This document shows positions 19,838 through 29,334 of a stretch of 64,000 bases of DNA, piece by piece; position 1 is the stretch's first letter, and every line of letters starts with the position of its first letter. The stretch covers positions 1,741 to 65,740 of the forward strand of contig JAUYKW010000020.1 of the NCBI GenBank assembly GCA_030698395.1. Reading direction: 5' to 3'. The DNA comes from a bacterium (GTDB lineage: Bacteria; Patescibacteriota; Patescibacteriia; UBA9570). A program made the translations under genes and the position numbers. A model generated the notes under the pieces. The model did not search any database, was not told the origin of the DNA, and worked only from the letters and a program-made list of their open reading frames with translations.

Positions 19838-20011
19838 AAAAACGACCAACAACTTTACTCTATTTATTATTGATTATTTCTTTATTATCTAACTAAATTG
19901 TCAACGTACATACTATGGTACAAAATCCTTTATCTAGACAAAAAATGCCTAAACAAAGACCAAGCAATGTACATTAAAAAGAAGCTTTTGTCAAGCCCCT
20001 TTAATTTTGAT

Positions 20012-20308
20012 TTATGCTAATGTTAGCAATTTTTTTTCCAGCTCTTTTTGTTCTGATTTACTAACTTGAACAACAATGTTCTTCTCAGGACTACTTTTTC
20101 CAAATTTCACAGAGATATTAGATTTTTTCAGTCCTAACAACTCTGCTAAAAAAGAAATCAACATTGCATTAGCTTTCCCCTGCTCTGGTGGTGCAGCTAC
20201 TTTTATTTTTAATCTGTTTCCTAGTAGGCCAACAATTTCTGTTCGCGATGCTCCAGGAACAACTTTAATTAGAAGTAGTAAGCCTTCATTAATTTCCTTA
20301 AACCACAT
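20012..20308 (-). CDS. DUF167 (YggU-like) family protein
   Basis: RLKIKVAAPPEQGKANAMLISFLAELLG matches the DUF167 core (xxPxxGKAN). Confidence 0.7.
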   Translation of the reverse strand: MWFKEINEGLLLLIKVVPGASRTEIVGLLGNRLKIKVAAPPEQGKANAMLISFLAELLGLKKSNISVKFGKSSPEKNIVVQVSKSEQKELEKKLLTLA

Positions 20309-20320
20309 GACAACTTAATA

Positions 20321-23300
20321 TTATGATCTCAAACCTGCAATAGTAGCATCTAAATTTGCTAAATCAATACTGCTTCCGGAAGCCAAGCCGACAGCTTCAC
20401 GACGTGCCTTTTTAGTTTGAATTGAAGCACCACTATCTGGTAAATCATCTAATTTTTGATCATATTGCATTGCAACCAACTCTAAAAGATCAACACTCGC
20501 TGTATCAAGATCAAGAATTCGTCCACTCAATGCCCTTTTTGCATCAGATCCGTATTTAGCCGCAAATTCATCCAAAACCTGTACGCGTCTAGCTGCAAGT
20601 TCAGCTACTTTTGCTGAATCTATTTCTGGTGTCACAGGAGCGCTACCTTCAGTAGGTGCTACCTCTGTTGGTGCCTCTGCTTCAGCTGGAGCTTCACCAG
20701 GAACCGCCTGTTTTAATAAATCACCAAACTTATCACCAAATGTCGAATTTCCACCTTGATCTGCGTGTACAACTTTTGTTTCAGCTACTGCTGAAGCTGG
20801 TTTAGCTTTTCGAGTTTTAGGAGCTGCTGCCGTTGGAGCTGCTGCCGATGCAGTCTTTGGAGGTTCAGCCGCTGCTGGCGCAGGAGTTGGTATAGTCTTT
20901 GGAGGTTCAGCCGCTGCTGGCGCAGGAGTTGGTATAGTCTTTGGAGGTTCAGCCGCTGCTGGCGCAGGAGTTGGTGCTATATTCTTTTGCTTGGCCTTAT
21001 TTATCACGGAATTATCAAATAGAGGTTGTCCAGTCTTTAGTTTATCTATGAATGCTGGTAACAAAGTTACGTCCACTTCAATTGCATCAGAATCTGGACC
21101 AACTAAACCAAAAGCTTTCAATTTTGTATTTAATGCTCTCTCTCTAAATAATTTCTTATTTTTTATTCTATTATCTACTTCTTGAATTGCATCTGAAAGT
21201 CGCTGAACATAAGTTACTTGCTCAGTCATTGGTTCCATGTTTGTAGCTCGCTCAAAAGCACGAGAAAATTCTTGACCCATGTAAAAATTACCTTTTCTCT
21301 TTTTCCCTTGAGGTCCAACTTCGCCCATTTGATACAGCGTTGAATTTCTCTCAAGCAGATCAATGTCACTCACAGCTTTAATATCTGCTATAAACCTATC
21401 ATTTAATACCTGTTCATTTACCGTGTCATCAGCATTAAGTAATCCCATAGCTTCTAATGCTGCGGATATCCTTCTGTTTGCAGGCGTATCTGCAGGTATC
21501 TCAGTACTAGCATTTAATGAAATTATTCTGTCGGCAAGAGCTTCAGATTGTACTGGACTTAAACCTTTTGCATGAGTTGATAATGCATCTAACAATTCAG
21601 GACTAACGTTACCAAACATGGTCGCAACAGATCTCTCACGATCTTCCCATCTATTACGAGTTCTAGCTTGATTTACTCGATAGAACAAATCTGAACTTTG
21701 TTGATAAAATTGTTTTTCTACTTTCGGACTTGCTTTTAATGTATCAAATACAGAACTTAATGTATCAAATCTTGCATTCCATTCTCCTGTATTAACAGCC
21801 TCCATTCGTTCCGCTCTGTATTTATCAGTATTCCGTAACTCAGCATCTAATGCTTCTTGAGTAAATTTCAATTGAGCTACCAACCATCTATCTGCCGCCC
21901 TACCTAAACCTTCCAAAATGTCAGATACTCTTTTATGTAATCTTGCAGGTTGCTCAGATACTTTAATATTGTCTCTGCCAACTCTAATATCCACATCCTT
22001 CAAATCGTCAGGAATAACAATGGCGTCAACACCTTGTTGAGCTGCACGCACCTGCTCTTTCCAAGCTTTGAGCGCTGTTAATGCATTTCCTAATTCTGCC
22101 GGATCTTGCAATGCAGATTCAATAAAATACATATCTTTTAATCTATCGCGAACTGTAAGTAATTCATCAATTGGCTTTTCAGTTGGATCTATTACTTCTC
22201 TTCTAGCTCTACCAAGTTTATCACGAGCACTTTCTGGTCCTGCTGGTTGGCCTGCAGTAATTGCTGGATCAGGAGTCCCGGCAACTGGTGCTGGTGTAGG
22301 TGTTGCTGTTGGAGGCGTAGGTGTTCCAGTAGGTGCTGCAGGAGTAGCTGGTGCTGGTGGAGTTCCAGTCGGTGTCGTTGGAGCCGGAGTTCCGCCCGCA
22401 GGTGCAGTCGGAGGTGTACCAGTTGTTGGAGGTGTCTCAAATGGATCTGCTTTAGGATCTGCTTTTAATCTGGCAATAACTTCCTGAATACGAACACTAT
22501 TTGGAGTTCCATCACTTGCAGCAAGGCCGGCATTTACAACTGCATCATCAATTGAACCACGTTTTTTTAGTGTATTCCTAAATCTTCGTAAATGTTGTCT
22601 ATCTAATATTCCTTCACTTTCCATTGCATCTAGTATAGCTTCTAGAGTATCTAATTGTTCAGTGAAATATCCTGAGCTCGTCTCTGGAAGAAAACTGTTA
22701 GCAACCACGCTATCAACAGCTGAGATTCGATTACGTAAACGTAATTCATGCTCTGCTTTTGCTTGTGCTTCGGCCTGTTCTTTTAACCGCTGTTGAGCTT
22801 CGGCCTGTTCTCTAGCTTCTCGCGCAGCTTTTTCGGCAGCAGTTTCAACAGGTGCTGTTGTACCGGGTGTAACTGGTGCACCAGTAGGAGGCGTAGGCAC
22901 TCCCGTAGGTGATGTTACTGGAGGAGTTACTGGAGGAGTTACTGGAGTTGGAGCAGGTATTCTTAACTCAACAAGTTTTGCATCCAATAAGTCCCTTACT
23001 GCTAAGTATTCTCCAGTCATCGCCTGATATTTTGCAGCTAGTGCATCATACTCTGCTCTCGGTAAATATGTTGGCGCTTTTCCAAGAGTTTTCAAATCAG
23101 TATATAGCTTAGCAAGTAATTCTCCAAAATCATTACTATTTTTATCTAACATTTGTTGTACTTCAGCTTCTGTAAATGCTGTACCTTTTAGATATGTCTC
23201 AACATCTTTTCTAAATATCGCTTGACCTGTCTTGGCTCTATCGGCATTTTTATTACCACGATCTAATATATTCTTTTCAAGCTCATCGCCAAGATTACTC

Positions 23301-26300
23301 AAATCACCATTAAACATCCCCATTTTTCTGCGCAATGTTACAATTAACGGGCCAAAATAATTTGGAAGCCTGGCATCAAGTAATGTAACATCAGTTCCAG
23401 TAATAAGACTATCCATTTTTATTGTTAAACTTCTTAACGAATCCTTACCGTCTGCCTCGCGCCGTTGTGTTAAAGTATCCCAATTTTTATCACGCCAATC
23501 ACCTCTCATATCCCCGAATGAATCAAGTAGATCATTATACTCTGGGCTTTGCCAGATATCGAATAAATCCTCATGCACTCTTAATACTTCCACTTCCTGA
23601 TCTGGTGTTAATGGATGTTCTGGTCCAGTAGTTTTGGTTCCATATTCTGGTATTAATCCACCAGATCGCAAAGCTTTATTTGTTTCAGTAATATGTGATG
23701 TATCTTTCCAAAGTTGAGCAGATAAAGAAGTTTCTGATGCCTGGCTACCAGTAGCAATTGCTGATGATACTAGAAGATCACCTAATAATCCACTTACTAT
23801 TCTTTGTTGTTCTAGAGTCATACCTCGTAAGTCAGGATTAAAGAATTCATCATCACTAGAATAATATGCATCTCCTAAATCTACTTGTCCAGAATCTGTA
23901 CCTACTGAAAAATTAACTTCTCCAACTTCTGGAATTCCTGGCGTGCCTGGTTCAACTACTGGAGGTGTTGAAATATGACCACCACCAAGACCAGATTCAT
24001 AAGCTTCTTTAACGCTTCTATATCCTTCTGTCCAATAAGCTGGTCTATTGCTAAATTCACTTTTTGGAATGCCAAATTGCTCTTTATAAGCACTTTGCCA
24101 ATCTTCGTAGCTCATACCGGGTCTATAAATTGGATCAACTGATCCTGGAGCAAATGTATGGTCTATTCCTTGATAATTTAAAAATCTCTCAACGTTAGTA
24201 TGTTGACCAATAACATTCTCTATTGGTATTCCACCTTGCTGTGGTCGCCGAATTTCTTCAGCCCATTGTTGAAAAGACATGTCCGGATGTTGTACAGTAG
24301 CTCTTGATACTACTTCTCCTACTCTTGCTGGCATTCTATCTAGTGCTGCATCTAAACCAGATTGATTCAATTGCGTATGAGCAGTTGCATCATAAATTTG
24401 AATTGTTGGATGTGCCGGATCTCCAGTTAAAGTTACTGCGTATTTATCTGGTGCCATTACCCACAATTGCTCGTTTGTAGAAGGGTCCCAAATAGAAACT
24501 TCCTTACCATCAACCATTACTTTAGATTGTTCTCTCAATACTTTAACAGTCTCTCGTAATGCCCAGCTATGTTTATCTCCAGTTCCATCCCAGCCATATT
24601 GTTCCGCCTTTGCTTCTAATTGACGTGATATTGCATGAGAAAATCCTTCACCTTTATGAACAGTTGCCATAGTCCAGTCTGCTGGAGTAAATCCAGCAAT
24701 ACCTGCATCTGGTGTTATTGGTGCAGCAACAATTTCTCCGCCTTCTCCAATAAATTTCGCTACAACTTCTTCATTATAAATTGATTTTACAACTATTTCA
24801 TTACCCGAAACTTCCACTTTAAATTGACCAGCCGCTTTAACTATACCATCGGCCTCACTAACACCTTTTTCAGTTGCAATTTCTTGTAATCTTGCTTTTA
24901 GGCTATCAGAGAAAACTTCTTGTGGCGGTGCTAAATGATCAGAAAGATTCAAAGTACCGTCTTCGGCTACTGAAGTTAAAACTAATTGATTTTCATTATT
25001 TAAAACTAATCCATATTTAATTCCACCTAGTTCAACAGTATGCTGAGCCTCGGTTGTTAAATTTGGTGCTAATATTGGTGTTCGTAACTCTGCATAATCT
25101 ACACCAGGAGAAAAAGTATTTAATTCGATGGACGCAAGTGGCCTACCTGTAGTTGCATCAATTAATGTAAAATCGTCTGTGATGACCACATTATTTATAT
25201 CTATATCGTCAGGAATATCTATCACATGAGAATCCAGTGCGGATTTCACTAATAAATCTCCATTCACAGTAGGGCTAATTACGTAAGCATCACTGTCTAC
25301 CGTTAAAGAAACTTCTGCTGAGCTACCTCCAAAGGTTGGGGTTTCAGAAACATCACCAATTCGACCAGCGAACCAATTATCACCTTCGAACCATCCCATG
25401 GCCATTGAAGATGCTCCGCCAAAAAAACCACCCAAAGCTCCACCAACAATCATACGTTTCGTTTCTCCTCTGCTCAGAATTGACTCTAATTTATTATCAA
25501 TAATTGTTACAACATCTTGAGCATCTGCCATTATTATTTGCATCTCGCTTTCAAGTGTGAGTATTTGTCTATCATCCAAATGCAACTTTGCTTCATTAAT
25601 ATTTTGTGCGGCGTCACGTAAATTTTTTAATAAATCTATTTGAGATTTAAGCCTATTGTCTAATCCAAATGAAATATAATCTTGTTTATTTTTACCCTTT
25701 CCAATTCTAGTCTGTAACAATCTAGCCTCTGCATCAGCTACAGTTTTATATAAATTTGTAATAGTATTTGGTAAATCATTCAAGGCATCAGGATTTGTAT
25801 TAACCTCTTTAAGAATTCTCTGTACTTCTGCAACTCTTAAAGCCACTTCCTGATTAATCGACTCAGCACTTTTAACTGCTTCTACTTGCTCTGTTTCATT
25901 TATGTTAACCATTTCCGGAGCGTTTGCTCCCACGGCTAAATCAATCTTGCGTTGCCCCCTACGAGCAAACTTATATTGTGCCCACTGTGATACAACTCCA
26001 GCAGCGGCACCAGCACCAGCTGCCACCAAAACACCTGCTCCAATTGGAGTTGCTAAAAAAGCCGTAGCCGCTACGGTACCACCAATAGCTACTTTCGCAG
26101 CTGTACGTGTACTAAAAGCCCATAATGTTCCAGAACCTAATAACTTAGCTGCAATTACTTTTAATTTTACACTATCAGATCTATAGTGCTCGGATGCCAT
26201 ATTGCTCATTTCGCTTAATTCGGCTAATTGAGCTACTTCATCACGCAATAAAAACTCCATATGCCTTCTAATTGCGTCTGCAACTTCTGGGGTAACAGGG

Positions 26301-26992
26301 ACCTCTAATGGAGACCCGTCAGGATTAACTCCAATTTGATAAGGATCTGGAATTTCTAGACTGCCAGATATTAAAGAAATGCCATCTTGATAATCAGAAT
26401 TATTTACTAAATCATTAGCTGAAAAGCTTTCTCCGTTTTCATCAACACCACGTTTAAATTGCTCAACAATTTTTTGAAAATCATCACCACCTAGCTGCAT
26501 ATACTGATTATATCTTTTGCGCATAGATCTTCGTTCCAAAGCAGAGCGGACTACGTCTTGCATGTAATTCTTATCATCCAATCTGCCTTGAGTATAATCT
26601 TTTACTCGAGTAGCAATTTTTCCACTACCAACTGTTTCCAACATTTCTGCCCAGCGCAATTTCACCTTTGCAACAACACTAAACAGACTTGTACTCTTTC
26701 TCTCTTCATCATGCTCATGTCTAGCGATAACGTTTGATTCTACAGATAACTGTTCTTCAACTTCTGGCATTGCTTCTTTTATCTCATCCAAAGTTAAACC
26801 ATACTGATTTGCAACATCTACTAATTCAAGTAAAGCTGTATCAGCACTACCATCCTCAGCAGTTAATCCTTCATTTTCTTTGCCTTTTAAAGAGGCTTCA
26901 ACCAAAGTAGTACGTAACTGATCCAACGTCACTGAACCGCGCGAACCACCTTGCTCAATTGTTTTTTGATAATAATTACTTTCCATTACCAT
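20321..26992 (-). CDS. giant protein (2223 aa) with TM segment, coiled coils, Pro/Thr/Ala-rich linkers and 14-aa tandem repeats; function unknown
   Basis: 6.7-kb uninterrupted ORF. Hydrophobic Gly/Ala-rich segment (AIGGTVAATAFLATPIGAGVLVAAGAGAAAGVV). EQAEAQQRLKEQAEAQAKAE coiled coil. PVTPPVTPPVT and PTGTPPAPATPAAPTGTPTPP linkers. No recognisable catalytic motif. Confidence 0.7.
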   Translation of the reverse strand: MVMESNYYQKTIEQGGSRGSVTLDQLRTTLVEASLKGKENEGLTAEDGSADTALLELVDVANQYGLTLDEIKEAMPEVEEQLSVESNVIARHEHDEERKSTSLFSVVAKVKLRWAEMLETVGSGKIATRVKDYTQGRLDDKNYMQDVVRSALERRSMRKRYNQYMQLGGDDFQKIVEQFKRGVDENGESFSANDLVNNSDYQDGISLISGSLEIPDPYQIGVNPDGSPLEVPVTPEVADAIRRHMEFLLRDEVAQLAELSEMSNMASEHYRSDSVKLKVIAAKLLGSGTLWAFSTRTAAKVAIGGTVAATAFLATPIGAGVLVAAGAGAAAGVVSQWAQYKFARRGQRKIDLAVGANAPEMVNINETEQVEAVKSAESINQEVALRVAEVQRILKEVNTNPDALNDLPNTITNLYKTVADAEARLLQTRIGKGKNKQDYISFGLDNRLKSQIDLLKNLRDAAQNINEAKLHLDDRQILTLESEMQIIMADAQDVVTIIDNKLESILSRGETKRMIVGGALGGFFGGASSMAMGWFEGDNWFAGRIGDVSETPTFGGSSAEVSLTVDSDAYVISPTVNGDLLVKSALDSHVIDIPDDIDINNVVITDDFTLIDATTGRPLASIELNTFSPGVDYAELRTPILAPNLTTEAQHTVELGGIKYGLVLNNENQLVLTSVAEDGTLNLSDHLAPPQEVFSDSLKARLQEIATEKGVSEADGIVKAAGQFKVEVSGNEIVVKSIYNEEVVAKFIGEGGEIVAAPITPDAGIAGFTPADWTMATVHKGEGFSHAISRQLEAKAEQYGWDGTGDKHSWALRETVKVLREQSKVMVDGKEVSIWDPSTNEQLWVMAPDKYAVTLTGDPAHPTIQIYDATAHTQLNQSGLDAALDRMPARVGEVVSRATVQHPDMSFQQWAEEIRRPQQGGIPIENVIGQHTNVERFLNYQGIDHTFAPGSVDPIYRPGMSYEDWQSAYKEQFGIPKSEFSNRPAYWTEGYRSVKEAYESGLGGGHISTPPVVEPGTPGIPEVGEVNFSVGTDSGQVDLGDAYYSSDDEFFNPDLRGMTLEQQRIVSGLLGDLLVSSAIATGSQASETSLSAQLWKDTSHITETNKALRSGGLIPEYGTKTTGPEHPLTPDQEVEVLRVHEDLFDIWQSPEYNDLLDSFGDMRGDWRDKNWDTLTQRREADGKDSLRSLTIKMDSLITGTDVTLLDARLPNYFGPLIVTLRRKMGMFNGDLSNLGDELEKNILDRGNKNADRAKTGQAIFRKDVETYLKGTAFTEAEVQQMLDKNSNDFGELLAKLYTDLKTLGKAPTYLPRAEYDALAAKYQAMTGEYLAVRDLLDAKLVELRIPAPTPVTPPVTPPVTSPTGVPTPPTGAPVTPGTTAPVETAAEKAAREAREQAEAQQRLKEQAEAQAKAEHELRLRNRISAVDSVVANSFLPETSSGYFTEQLDTLEAILDAMESEGILDRQHLRRFRNTLKKRGSIDDAVVNAGLAASDGTPNSVRIQEVIARLKADPKADPFETPPTTGTPPTAPAGGTPAPTTPTGTPPAPATPAAPTGTPTPPTATPTPAPVAGTPDPAITAGQPAGPESARDKLGRARREVIDPTEKPIDELLTVRDRLKDMYFIESALQDPAELGNALTALKAWKEQVRAAQQGVDAIVIPDDLKDVDIRVGRDNIKVSEQPARLHKRVSDILEGLGRAADRWLVAQLKFTQEALDAELRNTDKYRAERMEAVNTGEWNARFDTLSSVFDTLKASPKVEKQFYQQSSDLFYRVNQARTRNRWEDRERSVATMFGNVSPELLDALSTHAKGLSPVQSEALADRIISLNASTEIPADTPANRRISAALEAMGLLNADDTVNEQVLNDRFIADIKAVSDIDLLERNSTLYQMGEVGPQGKKRKGNFYMGQEFSRAFERATNMEPMTEQVTYVQRLSDAIQEVDNRIKNKKLFRERALNTKLKAFGLVGPDSDAIEVDVTLLPAFIDKLKTGQPLFDNSVINKAKQKNIAPTPAPAAAEPPKTIPTPAPAAAEPPKTIPTPAPAAAEPPKTASAAAPTAAAPKTRKAKPASAVAETKVVHADQGGNSTFGDKFGDLLKQAVPGEAPAEAEAPTEVAPTEGSAPVTPEIDSAKVAELAARRVQVLDEFAAKYGSDAKRALSGRILDLDTASVDLLELVAMQYDQKLDDLPDSGASIQTKKARREAVGLASGSSIDLANLDATIAGLRS
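20852..20977. repeat. 42-bp tandem repeat x3 (encodes PTPAPAAAEPPKTI x3 near giant-protein C-terminus)
   Basis: agtctttggaggttcagccgctgctggcgcaggagttggtat repeated head-to-tail, with a degenerate copy preceding. Confidence 0.85.
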
Positions 26993-27005
26993 ATATATAT
27001 TTATG

Positions 27006-27317
27006 TTAAGCCTTTTGAATGAAATTAATATATTCTTGTTCGAAATCTTTAAAAACCGTGGCTAACAGATTCTTGATATCTGGAATTAATTTTTGTATGA
27101 ATTCAGTAATCTCTTCTTGCGGAGCTTCTCTTTGCATCATACTTAAGTACTCTACATGCTCTACTTCAGGTAGTACTTCCAATATCTTTGCTTGAATTCG
27201 GGACTCAAGCTGAATCATCATATCTTGTATCATCTTATCCTCTAAAGGTTCTGGTAACTCAGCTGAATGAGCTGATCTTAGAACGTTGCGTAAGAATGCT
27301 TGTAATTGAATGTCCAT
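27006..27317 (-). CDS. hypothetical small protein, likely first gene of the giant-protein operon
   Basis: 103-aa ORF ending 14 bp upstream of the giant gene start, same strand. Confidence 0.4.
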   Translation of the reverse strand: MDIQLQAFLRNVLRSAHSAELPEPLEDKMIQDMMIQLESRIQAKILEVLPEVEHVEYLSMMQREAPQEEITEFIQKLIPDIKNLLATVFKDFEQEYINFIQKA

Positions 27318-27365
27318 ATATATATGAAAAAATTAACTTGAGAGTCTAGCGCATAAATAGCCTTT

Positions 27366-27400
27366 TGTCAAGGCATTACGTAATCAAATTACGTGATAAT
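27366..27400 (-). promoter_or_regulatory. putative promoter plus perfect palindrome ATTACGTAAT (27375-27384) with adjacent half-repeat ATTACGTGATAAT
   Basis: Minus strand TTGACA-N17-TAGACT about 35 nt before the 103-aa ATG; palindrome immediately upstream of the -35. Confidence 0.3.
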
Positions 27401-27592
27401 GCGAAAGAAAATATATTAAATAATGTAAAAAACTATAATTATTATAACACATTTTTCAAACCAAATCAATCTGGATTAAGTTTAGACCACCCCTACCCCC
27501 CAGATTAGGAGTGATTATATAAAATATTACCTATCTTAATCAACTTGATCCCCTCACCTCCTTGCAGGAAGAGAAGGTTAGGGCGAGGAGGC

Positions 27593-28147
27593 CTAAGATA
27601 ACTCTAGATATATGCCAAAATTCGTATTGTCCCCTGCTCGATGCGAATAATAAGTATCCACATTGCATTTTGTACAAATATTCATGATCTCAATATTTTG
27701 CATTGGCACACCACTTTCAATAGCCTGCATATAATTTTCCTGCTTAATATCAATATCTTCATAGCAACACGCTCCAATTGCTGGTCCAATTCCAACGTAT
27801 GTATTAACTGTATCAAATTCCTGCAATACTACTTTTAAAATTTCCGAAACAGTACCTCGAAAACCTGCATGTATTACGCCACCGGCATGAGCAACTACAT
27901 CATACACAATTATCGGTACGCAATCATGAACACCCACGCGTAATTTAATTCCAGATGTTCTAGTTAATAGAGCATCAACATTTTCTACTAAGGTTATACT
28001 AGCATCATCAACCCAAGCATAATCATTACCATGTACTTGATTTGCCTGCACGTCAAAAGATTGATCCTGTTCGGAATGTCTATTAGAAATTCCATGACTA
28101 ATATTATTAATACCCCGCAAATGTTCAAATTGTAGCAAGTCGTTCAT
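27593..28147 (-). CDS. pgeF: PgeF/YfiH-family (DUF152, laccase-domain) purine nucleoside phosphorylase-like protein
   Basis: QVHGND, HDCVPII, GPAIGACCYE conserved His/Cys/His triad context of YfiH family; somewhat short (184 aa). Confidence 0.6.
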   Translation of the reverse strand: MNDLLQFEHLRGINNISHGISNRHSEQDQSFDVQANQVHGNDYAWVDDASITLVENVDALLTRTSGIKLRVGVHDCVPIIVYDVVAHAGGVIHAGFRGTVSEILKVVLQEFDTVNTYVGIGPAIGACCYEDIDIKQENYMQAIESGVPMQNIEIMNICTKCNVDTYYSHRAGDNTNFGIYLELS

Positions 28148-28179
28148 GCGAACCTTTGTTACCTTAGTTAGGTATATAA

Positions 28180-29331
28180 TTAGGAATAATTTTCCTTATA
28201 AACTTTTTTATAAATCTTCAAAGTTTGCTTGGCACACTTATCCCAAGAAAATTTCTTGGCTTGTTTTTTTCCACTCTTTGCCAACTTTGTTCGCGTAGCC
28301 TTACGCGTAATAACCTTATGAATTCCTTTCTTCAAAGATTCAAGAGAACTTGGATCTATCAACTCCGCTGCCTTCCCTGCTACCTCTGGTAATGATGATA
28401 CGTTAGATGTAATAACTGGAATACCATAACTCATTGCTTCTAATACTGGCAAACCAAATCCCTCGTAATGAGAAGGAAAAATAAATGCTTCAGCGTTATT
28501 AAGTAAAGCAATTTTTTCTTTTTCCGTAACATAACCAATGTAACGAATTTTTCCAGACTTAGCATTTTTAATAGCATTGTAATTATCCTGAAATTCAAAA
28601 CCTTTTGCACCAGCAATAACTAATTGCATATCTTTATACTTTTTTAGTTTCTCCAAAGCTAACTCATCGAAAGACTGGATAATTCCAGCAATGTTTTTTC
28701 TTGGTTCTAAAGTTCCAATATAAAATAAGTATCTATCTGCTAACTTCCACTTCTTTAAAGTTCGTCGCATACTTAATTTACTTGGTGCTTTAACTTTTGT
28801 CACACCTTCATAAACAACGGAAACCTTCTTTTTGGAAACATTGAATAACCTCTTTAAATCTTTCTCGGTTGATTCGGATACCGCAATTACATGTTCTGCT
28901 TTTTCTATACTCTTAGGTACTAAAACATTAATAGAAAAATTCTGCTTTGATGGAAACCACTCCGGATGAGAATATATTGCAAGATCATGTATTGTAACAA
29001 TAGACGGTTTCTTGTATTTCATCGGAATGACGTTTGCCGGGGAATGAAAAATATCTAAATTCGCTTCATTTAATACTTTGGATACAAAAACGTGCGAATA
29101 TGCATATGGCAAATAACGTTTGTATTCAGACATTTTAAACTTAACTATTTCTGTATTCTTTTGTTTAAACTCCTTCAGCTTTGGCGAACGATGATCAAAA
29201 AACAATACGTACGTATTTTTCTTATCATGCTTTAATAGATGTTTAACCAGGTAATAAGTATAGTGTCCTACTCCTGCTTTCTCCCCCTTTTCTGGGCTAA
29301 GCAATGTTCTGCAATCAATCCCAATTCTCAT
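28180..29331 (-). CDS. glycosyltransferase family 4 (GT-B)
   Basis: EGFGLPVLEAMSYGIPVITSN C-terminal GT4 signature. Confidence 0.75.
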   Translation of the reverse strand: MRIGIDCRTLLSPEKGEKAGVGHYTYYLVKHLLKHDKKNTYVLFFDHRSPKLKEFKQKNTEIVKFKMSEYKRYLPYAYSHVFVSKVLNEANLDIFHSPANVIPMKYKKPSIVTIHDLAIYSHPEWFPSKQNFSINVLVPKSIEKAEHVIAVSESTEKDLKRLFNVSKKKVSVVYEGVTKVKAPSKLSMRRTLKKWKLADRYLFYIGTLEPRKNIAGIIQSFDELALEKLKKYKDMQLVIAGAKGFEFQDNYNAIKNAKSGKIRYIGYVTEKEKIALLNNAEAFIFPSHYEGFGLPVLEAMSYGIPVITSNVSSLPEVAGKAAELIDPSSLESLKKGIHKVITRKATRTKLAKSGKKQAKKFSWDKCAKQTLKIYKKVYKENYS

Positions 29332-29334
29332 ATA

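Noticed and set aside
14566-20011. tRNA gene or integrase at island borders (typical genomic-island hallmarks)
   Set aside because: No GGTTCGAATCC-like T-arm or cloverleaf candidate found at either junction, and no recombinase ORF inside the island.
19980-20011. Terminator after the DUF167 gene
   Set aside because: Only a 4-bp GCTT..AAGC stem with weak U-run on the minus strand; not convincing.
22068-22487. Plus- and minus-strand ORFs rich in Gly/Ala/Val or Gln/Leu/His within 22068-22487
   Set aside because: Alternative frames of the Pro/Thr/Ala-rich linker region of the giant gene; low-complexity artefacts.
27540-27600. CACCTCCTT-containing sequence resembling the 16S rRNA 3' end / anti-SD
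   Set aside because: No surrounding rRNA-like sequence; isolated short match inside an intergenic hairpin-like region.
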